DNA from: a virus
Lineage: Duplodnaviria > Caudoviricetes
DNA length: 64,000 bases
Virus record (IMG/VR): IMGVR_UViG_3300044829_000002
Span: 12,916 to 76,915 of that record
Direction: 5' to 3' (one strand)
A program made the translations under genes and the position numbers. Shown in pieces: positions 54,126 through 61,322 of the stretch. The notes under the pieces were generated by a model. That model did not search any database. It had not been told where the DNA came from and was given only the letters and a program-made list of their open reading frames with translations. Every line of letters starts with the position of its first letter. Position 1 is the first letter of the stretch.

Positions 54126-54316
54126 GACGCCGCCTTTATTGCGTGTGCCCGTCGTGTATTCCGCTGCTGCTCACTAGCTGTTGCCCAGCGAACGTTACCT
54201 GGCTCGTAGTTACCGTCGTTATTGATCCGGTCGAGCGCGGGTGTCGGCGGTATCCTCGTTAAACTCAACACAACCCAGCGGTCAAATCGGTCGCCGGGTT
54301 CAACCACAAGCGGCAT
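54122..54316 (-). pseudogene. internally deleted HNH homing endonuclease remnant (64 aa)
   Basis: N-terminal GDRFDRWVVL joined almost directly to C-terminal LDRINNDGNYEPGNVRWATASEQQRN. Confidence 0.65.
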
Positions 54317-55025
54317 TGATTGCCTCCTGTAATCGTGCTGCATCCTTGACCCGTTGGGGTGCCAGATCTCGGTAGAGTTGGTCAACATTGTCTTGCACGT
54401 GTCGAGCCAGCCGATCTTGATGAGTCTGATCCCACTCACCTTTACCTGCAATCGGGTGCATGTGTTCGATGTACACCTCAGGCAGATACACCCGACGCTG
54501 AATCATATCTGCCATAGTGCTTAAGTAAGTGTCGTTGTAATCTGACGAGAAATATGGCGGCATGAAGTAGCCCAGCGCATTAACCCATTGCCGACTGTAG
54601 AACCCGAGCGTTGCCATACCTGCGTTCATGATGCCGTCCCGGCCGTGCACGCAGGCGATGCCGTCAGGGAAGCGGCGGAACCCTTCCCGGATCTCCATGT
54701 CCCAGCGCATGGATCGGAAGATCACATCATCGTTTCCGTGCCAAAGTATCTGGCCGGTGGCGAGTTTGTAACACTCGTTCCACGTCTGAGACAACAGGAT
54801 GCGCGGACCCAGCGCTGCGCGATAGTTGTCAGGCAGATCGTCGGCGCGAGCCGGACGCATCATTGTGTCGTCATCCTCGTCCACGTAGATAATCAGTTCC
54901 AGCAGCTCCGGGTGTACAGCGGTGCCGCGAGCTGAGTCCCACATGAGTTTGAGCTGGCCCGGTCGGCCGCGGGACGGCACTAGCAGGCTGATCTTCCAGT
55001 GCCAGTCGTCCCATTCAGGATTCAC
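54300..55025 (-). CDS. glycosyltransferase family 2
   Basis: ISLLVPSRGRP..YVDEDDD..GNDDVIF..YFSSDYNDT..IEHMHP. Confidence 0.85.
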   Translation of the reverse strand: MNPEWDDWHWKISLLVPSRGRPGQLKLMWDSARGTAVHPELLELIIYVDEDDDTMMRPARADDLPDNYRAALGPRILLSQTWNECYKLATGQILWHGNDDVIFRSMRWDMEIREGFRRFPDGIACVHGRDGIMNAGMATLGFYSRQWVNALGYFMPPYFSSDYNDTYLSTMADMIQRRVYLPEVYIEHMHPIAGKGEWDQTHQDRLARHVQDNVDQLYRDLAPQRVKDAARLQEAINAACG

Positions 55026-55168
55026 TTGATCGTCCTCGTCAATGTCCGGCGTACGCCGTGCTGTATGGCATCGTGCTCCAACGCTCGGCGGCAGCGCGGG
55101 CACCGGGCATCATGGCCGTTCTTTACCCGGCCGATGTCCTCGTGACACTCCGGGCATGCAAGCCTCAT
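55022..55168 (-). CDS. small zinc-ribbon protein
   Basis: MRLACPEC...CPRC. Confidence 0.55.
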   Translation of the reverse strand: MRLACPECHEDIGRVKNGHDARCPRCRRALEHDAIQHGVRRTLTRTIK

Positions 55169-55410
55169 TGCATGCTCCCCGGCAGGATCAGGCCGGTCTT
55201 GGCCCGTGTGCTGGCACCGGAGATCAACTGTGCTAGCTGCGGCGCGTCCTCGCCGTTCAGGAACGTGACGAACTTCCCGGTGCATGTGGTGATAGTGATC
55301 ATCACCCACGCGGACCCGTCCGGGCCTGCCACGGGGTCCACCCGCCAGTTGGTCTGGGTCGGCTGCACCGGTATCTCATTCGACGGCACAGCGCCGTTAG
55401 GTGCGGTCAC
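55165..55410 (-). CDS. hypothetical protein
   Basis: overlap pattern with neighbours. Confidence 0.55.
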   Translation of the reverse strand: MTAPNGAVPSNEIPVQPTQTNWRVDPVAGPDGSAWVMITITTCTGKFVTFLNGEDAPQLAQLISGASTRAKTGLILPGSMQ

Positions 55411-55574
55411 TGGCGGTCGCTCATGGTCGGCACGCTGATGAACGACGCGGCCCAGAAAGCCAGCCCGAGATACAGGTAGCTCAGCGGGTGATCGTTGACG
55501 GTTGGTGCGTCAACCGCGAATGCGGCGAGCAGGAAGCTGATGACAGCGGCTAGGAGTAGCACGAATCGGAGCAT
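55407..55574 (-). CDS. small membrane protein (55 aa; not in the ORF track)
   Basis: MLRFVLLLAAVISFLLAAF...YLGLAFWAASFI; RBS AAAGGA. Confidence 0.6.
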   Translation of the reverse strand: MLRFVLLLAAVISFLLAAFAVDAPTVNDHPLSYLYLGLAFWAASFISVPTMSDRQ

Positions 55575-55603
55575 GATCGGTTCCTTTCAGAGAGAGAGGG
55601 GGC

Positions 55604-55879
55604 TTACGGTCTTAATGGTCGCGGTGTTACTCGGCGGTATATCACCAGAGTCTCGGGGGTGCAGTCGGCGAACACCACCGTCCCGTCCTCAGTGCGAGCC
55701 ACAACCCAGTCGGCACCCATCGCCTCCACCCGCTTGGGTGAGTAGGAATCTCTGCCGAACCATCCGCCGCAATAGGCGTCCGGCTCGTCGCCTTGATGTG
55801 CTTGGCCGAGCCAGTCACCGACCCGCAGCGGCGGCTGGATCTGCGCGTTCACTTGGACCGTGGCAATTGCTTCACCCAT
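55604..55879 (-). CDS. hypothetical protein
   Basis: GGWFGRDSY..KRVEAMGADWVVAR motif; RBS. Confidence 0.65.
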   Translation of the reverse strand: MGEAIATVQVNAQIQPPLRVGDWLGQAHQGDEPDAYCGGWFGRDSYSPKRVEAMGADWVVARTEDGTVVFADCTPETLVIYRRVTPRPLRP

Positions 55880-55892
55880 GATCAGTTGCCTT

Positions 55893-56672
55893 TCATGACA
55901 CGGTGCGGATCAGCCAGAAATCGTCGGACAGGTCAGGGTTGGTCAGGTACGCGAGCGGCATCCAGTAATACCCGTTCTCACCCCAGTGCGGACCCCACGA
56001 GTTGCGGACCCGGATGAGCGGCTGACCGCCGAGCATGACATAGCCGACGGCGACAACAGCGTGCCCGCCTAGCAGCCGTTCACCGGCACCGGGCAGCGGC
56101 ACCAGCCCGCCAGCTTGCATCGGGAAGGACTCGTACACGCTGAACCCGAATATCACCGGGTGGCCGTCGGCAATGGCTCGCCTGATCCCCGAACGGCGAA
56201 CCTTGGCGTAGGAGTTGGCCTTGGTTTCACCGGCGAGCGCGTAGGCGTGACTGTTCGGCTTGATAGCGAATGAGCCGATGTCGTACGGCCAGGCGTGTTC
56301 GGGCGGCGCGCCGATCTTGTGCATGACCTTGATGCCGTCCCGAATGTAGGCCCCGGCATCCTCTCCGATGCTGTGCTCCATCCACCGCTCGTAGTAGTAG
56401 ATGAACAGTCGGGAGGGTGTGAAGTCCGGTTCCGGCTGGCGGTTCAGGTCGAACTCGACCACTGCGGCGATCGCGTTGGCGGTACAGCTTCCGAGCGCGC
56501 CTTGGTCGTAGCACTCCGGCATGGCCGGGTCGAGATCAAGTCGGGTCTCCGGTGGCAGCTTGCGTCGGCTGGCCTTGTAGGGCACGTCACGGATATCGGG
56601 GAGATCGGGTCGCCAGCCGAACCGCTCACCGCTCGGTCCCTGCTCGGGTCGAATCCGCAGATCGGATGCCAT
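55893..56672 (-). CDS. papain-family (C1) cysteine protease
   Basis: DQGALGSCTANA (Gln, Cys); SRLFIYY; GGHAVVAVGY (His); VRNSWG..WGENGY (Asn). Confidence 0.9.
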   Translation of the reverse strand: MASDLRIRPEQGPSGERFGWRPDLPDIRDVPYKASRRKLPPETRLDLDPAMPECYDQGALGSCTANAIAAVVEFDLNRQPEPDFTPSRLFIYYYERWMEHSIGEDAGAYIRDGIKVMHKIGAPPEHAWPYDIGSFAIKPNSHAYALAGETKANSYAKVRRSGIRRAIADGHPVIFGFSVYESFPMQAGGLVPLPGAGERLLGGHAVVAVGYVMLGGQPLIRVRNSWGPHWGENGYYWMPLAYLTNPDLSDDFWLIRTVS

Positions 56673-56746
56673 GCGCGCACGATATCCCGACAGGTATGAC
56701 TAACTCACTCACGATCACTCTCGGGGGGTCGATCTGGCAGCCGAGC

Positions 56747-56798
56747 GTACAGCGTTGCTGTACAGCAGATGAGTTACCGTGTCGCATCCAGTACGACA
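56747..56798 (+). promoter_or_regulatory. GTACAG-N5-CTGTAC (56747-56763) plus TGTCG-N9-CGACA (56780-56798), mirror orientation
   Basis: intergenic, between terminase and protease genes. Confidence 0.65.
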
Positions 56799-56807
56799 AG
56801 TGACCCG

Positions 56808-58238
56808 TCAGCCCCGCCAGCCGGTCAGCGAGCGACCAGCCACGCTCTTGCCGGGTAGCCTGCCCATCGTGTTCGCCACCGTCGAAACCAGCTTCTCGTG
56901 CCAAGCGGGCCAGACCATCGCATCCATCCGGTCAGGCGAATCGGCGTCCGACGAGTCCTCCCATGTACACAACTCGTCCTCCAACTCCTCATGCGTCCCG
57001 ACATGGGGATAGCGGCCCCGAGCTGCCATAGACGACACAGGGAAGGCACGTGCCCGCTTGTTGCCGATCGCACGGGCCAGCGCCGGTTCGATCGGGATCA
57101 ACAGACCCGCCGCGTTAGCCGCGCCGACGATGACCGACTTAGGCATGTCCCGGCCATAGTCGGACTCGAATACGATGCCGTCGGCGTCCCAGTCCATCGC
57201 CGCATCGATGACTTGCTTGCCCCACCCGGCCGGGTCTTTACGGCACGTGTAGTCGGCCAGCACGAATCCCCGGTGAAGTGGTGTCTTGTACAGCGGCTCA
57301 CCCTCGAATGTCGGTCCGTCATCCCAGCCGCGCTTGGAGAACCCGATCACTACAATCCCCTGTTTACCAGCACCACCCGACGGGTCCACGCCCACGATGC
57401 GACGCTGCAACAGATCCAGCGGGAACGCATTGACGTCGATGCGGTACTTGGCTATCTGCGCTCGCTGCCACAGCGCGTGCGCGGTCTGCTCGACAATGCG
57501 GCCTTCCAGCTCTTGCTCACCTAGCGCGGTGCCGCCGTACATGCCCGTGACCGTTTCCAAGAATTCCGCCGACAGATGCGGATTGTCGGAGGTTCGAGCA
57601 TGCGTACGGACGACACCGGCGAGTTGGCCTTTGTCGATTTTCTTGATCAGCTCACGTGGACGCGGTGTCGTGGTGGCGATCCAGTGCGCGTTCGGTGTCT
57701 CACGCAAACCCATGATCATCATTGACCAGGCGTAGTCGAGCCAGCGCCACGCGGCCAACTCCTCGGCCCACACGAGGCACGTGTTACCGCCAGACCGCAG
57801 CGAGTCGCACGCCTCCTCCGTGTTGGTGCCGTACATCTTGGCCTGCGACCCGTTGGGCCATTTGACGAGCGTGCCTTCGCGGCCGGTGATGATCCGCGCC
57901 GACGAGTCGTAGCGCCTGATGCCGGTAGCGCCCTCGACGCACGACGTCACTGCATCGGATTGGGTCGGCGCGATAATGCCCATCAAGTGCGGGTGCGGGC
58001 CGGTCAGGCATGGCGGGCCTTTGACATGCGCAATCATGTGATTGGCCCCGGCAGCAGTCTTGCCGATGCCTCGCCCGCCGAACAGCGCCCAGCCGCGCCA
58101 GCGGCCTGGCGGTGCGATCTGATGCGGCTCAGGCTTCCACACATTGATCTTGATATCAGAGTCGAGCCTGCGCGACATGGCCCGCACGAACGCGTTACGA
58201 TCCTCCGGTTCAAGATCACCTAGCGCGTCGAGTGTCAT
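56808..58238 (-). CDS. terL: terminase large subunit
   Basis: GGRGIGKT Walker A; VWAEE Walker B; ATTTP motif; VGVDPSG and SPDRMDA nuclease motifs. Confidence 0.95.
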   Translation of the reverse strand: MTLDALGDLEPEDRNAFVRAMSRRLDSDIKINVWKPEPHQIAPPGRWRGWALFGGRGIGKTAAGANHMIAHVKGPPCLTGPHPHLMGIIAPTQSDAVTSCVEGATGIRRYDSSARIITGREGTLVKWPNGSQAKMYGTNTEEACDSLRSGGNTCLVWAEELAAWRWLDYAWSMMIMGLRETPNAHWIATTTPRPRELIKKIDKGQLAGVVRTHARTSDNPHLSAEFLETVTGMYGGTALGEQELEGRIVEQTAHALWQRAQIAKYRIDVNAFPLDLLQRRIVGVDPSGGAGKQGIVVIGFSKRGWDDGPTFEGEPLYKTPLHRGFVLADYTCRKDPAGWGKQVIDAAMDWDADGIVFESDYGRDMPKSVIVGAANAAGLLIPIEPALARAIGNKRARAFPVSSMAARGRYPHVGTHEELEDELCTWEDSSDADSPDRMDAMVWPAWHEKLVSTVANTMGRLPGKSVAGRSLTGWRG

Positions 58239-58255
58239 GGCCTGTGAACTCCTAG

Positions 58256-58813
58256 TTAGATGTCACAGACTATCTCCGGCGTGTGAATCAACTGGCACCA
58301 CGAAACTCGCCAGTCATCGAGGAACATGCGCTGTCCGGCGGCGAGAGTGAGTTGGCCGTACCGCACCATGCTCGACACCTTGGCCTCTAGCTGGTCCTTG
58401 TGATTGTGCGTGTACGCGGTCTGGCGCAGTCCGTCGGCCGGTTCGGGCCAGATGTTGGCCGCGTCGTTGCCGCCGCACAGACTGAACGGCACTCGGTGGT
58501 CGAACTCGACGTGAGTCAGCCCGGACGGGCCGAACCAGCCGTAGGCGGCAGTCACCTGGCTACGGGTCGCAGCGGTGACGCCTCGCTCGCTGGCCGGACG
58601 GGGAATGTGGCAATTCACAACCGAGCCAGGTGTCCGATGTTGATCAGGTACCGGCCAGACAGAGGCGCGTCCAGTCGGTGTCGTACTAGGTACGACTAGG
58701 GTAGGGGTTGGCCCCGCTGAGTGCGTCACTGGCGGGTTTTCATGACGTCCCGCTGTGCTCGTACAGGCAGACAGGGTGAGGATTGTTAGCAGTGCGATCA
58801 GCGCTCGTCTCAT
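58256..58813 (-). CDS. lipoprotein with HNH-like nuclease domain
   Basis: MRRALIALLTILTLSAC lipobox; TPG..EFDHRVPFSLCGGND..NIWPE..NHKDQLE. Confidence 0.75.
   Translation of the reverse strand: MRRALIALLTILTLSACTSTAGRHENPPVTHSAGPTPTLVVPSTTPTGRASVWPVPDQHRTPGSVVNCHIPRPASERGVTAATRSQVTAAYGWFGPSGLTHVEFDHRVPFSLCGGNDAANIWPEPADGLRQTAYTHNHKDQLEAKVSSMVRYGQLTLAAGQRMFLDDWRVSWCQLIHTPEIVCDI
58679..58697. promoter_or_regulatory. intragenic operator-like TGTCG-N9-CGACT
   Basis: tgtcg tactaggta cgact, encoded with rare codons GTA CCT AGT. Confidence 0.4.
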
Positions 58814-58845
58814 CTGCACAGTGTCGCATCTGAACGCGGACAAGC

Positions 58846-58881
58846 GAACAGCCCCGGCACGTCATTGGGCCGGAGCTGTTC
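58846..58881 (-). terminator. putative terminator hairpin
   Basis: gaacagccccggc-N10-gccggagctgttc (one mismatch) after the gene ending at 58914. Confidence 0.5.
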
Positions 58882-58913
58882 TGTGCCACCGTAACCTCGG
58901 GTGCGCTGCCAGA

Positions 58914-59432
58914 TTACTCGTCCTTGCCGAACGCGGAATCCCTGGCGCGTTTCAAGTCGCGGATCAGCTTGTTGACGCTCGCCCGATCCGGGAGCGTGGC
59001 ATACAACCCGCGAGCGCCGCGCCAGGGATTCGGGTCGCAATTGACCAATCCCAGTAGGTCTTGAACCTCATTCAGCTCCGGCATGATCGTGCCGATTGAC
59101 ACGTGTGCGTCTCGCATCCATTGCACGTCAACGTCGTAGCCGTCGCCGCGCGTTATTTCATGAGCCATGCTGTTTCCCTCCTCAGGTTTGCCCGACTCCC
59201 CGTCGGTGCGCGGCAAGTCTAACCGCTCCGCGAAACGGACCGGCACCGTCCGGCCGTGCGCGATCCACGCATTCGGTTTGGCGTGCGATCCGGCGCACCA
59301 CGGCTCAGGCATGTACCGACTACCCCGAGCGCCGGAGGCTGTATGCCCACGCATCGTGCCATCAGCTTTCAGCGTCAGAAGCCTGTTACAGCCGCTACAT
59401 CGGCCGTATGTCCGATGATGGTCAGCAGTCAA
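58914..59432 (-). CDS. two-part hypothetical protein (internal RBS/ATG at 59168)
   Basis: N-terminal CSGC..GH..C zinc-like part; C-terminal LYATLPDRASVNKLIRDLKRARDSAFGKDE. Confidence 0.6.
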   Translation of the reverse strand: MTADHHRTYGRCSGCNRLLTLKADGTMRGHTASGARGSRYMPEPWCAGSHAKPNAWIAHGRTVPVRFAERLDLPRTDGESGKPEEGNSMAHEITRGDGYDVDVQWMRDAHVSIGTIMPELNEVQDLLGLVNCDPNPWRGARGLYATLPDRASVNKLIRDLKRARDSAFGKDE

Positions 59433-59433
59433 T

Positions 59434-59631
59434 CTAGATCGGTCCGGCCTTCTCAGCGTTCACTATCGTTGGGCACTTGCCGTCCTCGCGCTCCACTGGC
59501 CCGCACACGGCGCATCCCATCACCAACACGTCCGGCTCATCGTCACGCGCCAACTCCAACGTCTCCGGGTTCACGGTCACAACCCAGTGCAGTCGGCCGC
59601 GCTCGTCTCGTACCGTCGTCCAGGTCATCAC
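59434..59631 (-). CDS. hypothetical protein
   Basis: CAVC..CP motif; overlap pattern. Confidence 0.55.
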   Translation of the reverse strand: MMTWTTVRDERGRLHWVVTVNPETLELARDDEPDVLVMGCAVCGPVEREDGKCPTIVNAEKAGPI

Positions 59632-60338
59632 TCGACTACCTCGCCGTCGATCATCATCAGCTCGTCGCGGCCACCGGCGCGTGTCTCAGTCTCCGCTAGA
59701 TGCGCCTTGCACGCGGCCAGCGCTTTCTCTCGCGCCTCCGGGGTGAGATCCAGTGCGTCCAGACCGGCAGCGAGCGTGCCCGTGGCAAGCTGCGCCAGCG
59801 CCTCCCAGTGTTCGATGATCTCAATCTGGGACCGCTTGGGCGCGTCGAGTCCTTGCAGCTCGGCCTCTCGTTTGAGGTAGTTGAGCAGGGTGCCTGCTGC
59901 CTGAATCTTGGCTCCGACGGCGTGCTGGCCTCTGAGCACGAGCCGGAGCTGCCGCTTGACGTCGTCTATCTCCTGCTGTTGCAGCGCCTTGTATTCCTTG
60001 ACCGGCACAGCCAGGATCGAGTGGATGCCGATCTTGAAATCGGTGTGCGCCGATTTCTTGTCGTACTTCGGCCCAGCCAGGCCCTCCCGGACCATCGTGG
60101 CGGCGATCTCCTCGAACGTGGCGTTGCGGCGGCGCAGATCCACCACGGCGGCACGACGTCGAGCGAGATCCACCACGGCGGGCCGTGTCTGCTGGTTCGC
60201 GCCGCGTAGGCCGCGTGTGGACTGGCGTTGCTTGGGCGTCTTGGCCGGTGGCCGGTTCGGTTTCGCATCGGCGGGCGGTGTCATGTCGGCCACGCGCTCT
60301 TTCTGCGCCGCCCGGTCCTTGGTGTAGGACGTGGTCAT
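59628..60338 (-). CDS. terS: terminase small subunit (HTH)
   Basis: VVDLRRRNATFEEIA HTH; LKREAELQGLDAP motif typical of actinophage TerS; upstream of TerL. Confidence 0.7.
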   Translation of the reverse strand: MTTSYTKDRAAQKERVADMTPPADAKPNRPPAKTPKQRQSTRGLRGANQQTRPAVVDLARRRAAVVDLRRRNATFEEIAATMVREGLAGPKYDKKSAHTDFKIGIHSILAVPVKEYKALQQQEIDDVKRQLRLVLRGQHAVGAKIQAAGTLLNYLKREAELQGLDAPKRSQIEIIEHWEALAQLATGTLAAGLDALDLTPEAREKALAACKAHLAETETRAGGRDELMMIDGEVVE

Positions 60339-60538
60339 GAGAAACCCCGATCAGATGTCAGCCATGCGATCACGCCTGTGACCGGCAGGCCGTCCGGCGA
60401 GAATTCGGGACTGCGGCGTGCGATCGCGCATCGAACCTCGTCGCCGCCCTCGGCAGTGATCTCCTGCATCCACACGTCAAGGTCGCCGTGCTCGCTGTGA
60501 ATCCGAATCAGCTCGCCTATGAGCGCCACGATCTTCAT
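60335..60538 (-). CDS. hypothetical protein
   Basis: overlap pattern; EHGDLDV motif. Confidence 0.55.
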   Translation of the reverse strand: MKIVALIGELIRIHSEHGDLDVWMQEITAEGGDEVRCAIARRSPEFSPDGLPVTGVIAWLTSDRGFS

Positions 60539-60903
60539 GACTCGCCTCGCTTAGCCTTGAACGGCACGACATTCTCAGGCAACTCCAACGGCAGCGGCGC
60601 AGCCTCGTACCGTGGCTGCCGCTTGGCGACTGTCTTGGCATTGGCTTCGGTGACCAGCTTGGTTTTCGGCTTGGGCTTGGACGGGCACGTGGCGAAATGC
60701 GGCATGTACACCGCCTCACCGGGTAAAGCGGGCCGCTCGGGTGTGATCACCGTTGCGCACGGAATATCGTTCTCGTTCCAATGGACAGCCACGTTGCCCG
60801 ACGGATTCCGGGCGTAGTCCAGCGGCATGCCCTTGCCGTTGACGGTGACCGCCCACAGAATCTTGGCCTTGCAACCGTAGCAGCGGCCCGGTCCTTGCGG
60901 CAT
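60535..60903 (-). CDS. conserved actinophage zinc-binding protein
   Basis: CYGCKAKILW..GKGMPLD..HFATCP. Confidence 0.7.
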   Translation of the reverse strand: MPQGPGRCYGCKAKILWAVTVNGKGMPLDYARNPSGNVAVHWNENDIPCATVITPERPALPGEAVYMPHFATCPSKPKPKTKLVTEANAKTVAKRQPRYEAAPLPLELPENVVPFKAKRGES

Positions 60904-61319
60904 CAGACTCGACCTCCCAGCGCTGAGTCAACGATCGTAACCGAATCGGGCAACTCTGCTGTGACCGTCGGCTGGCGTCGAGATCGGTTCACCCGAATTG
61001 GCCGAGTCTCGGGGGTCGGTGCCAGGATCGCCTCCGGCCGGGACCGATGGTGCTGCCCGTTGTCCACACCGGCCCACACGCCTTTGGCCTTGTCCCCGAG
61101 TTGGAGCCGTCGCTGATTGCAGTCGGCCAGCGCGGGACATTGCGTCTTGCACACCAGTGCCGCGTTACGCCGGACACCGATCAGCGCGTCCTCGTCCCAC
61201 GCATGCGGCTGGCTCATGCACGGCACCCACTCATACACGATCCCGTCGGCGTCCCGGAGCGGCTGGAACTCTCCGATGATCCTCATTGCGTAGGACGGCA
61301 GCACCTTGGTCCTCACCAT
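60903..61319 (-). CDS. whiB: WhiB-family Fe-S transcription factor
   Basis: four Cys (PC...C.TQCP..DC) and GVWAG turn. Confidence 0.75.
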   Translation of the reverse strand: MVRTKVLPSYAMRIIGEFQPLRDADGIVYEWVPCMSQPHAWDEDALIGVRRNAALVCKTQCPALADCNQRRLQLGDKAKGVWAGVDNGQHHRSRPEAILAPTPETRPIRVNRSRRQPTVTAELPDSVTIVDSALGGRV

Positions 61320-61322
61320 CGC

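Noticed and set aside
12598-55025. Glycosyltransferases as a DNA hypermodification system
   Set aside because: No thymidylate-synthase/hydroxymethylase, TET/JBP, kinase or phage polymerase in the window, and the GTs lie in late operons. Not excluded without nucleoside analysis.
58822-58842. Possible operator upstream of the HNH lipoprotein (TGTCGC...GCGGACA)
   Set aside because: One half-site needs an insertion and breaks the constant 9-bp spacing.
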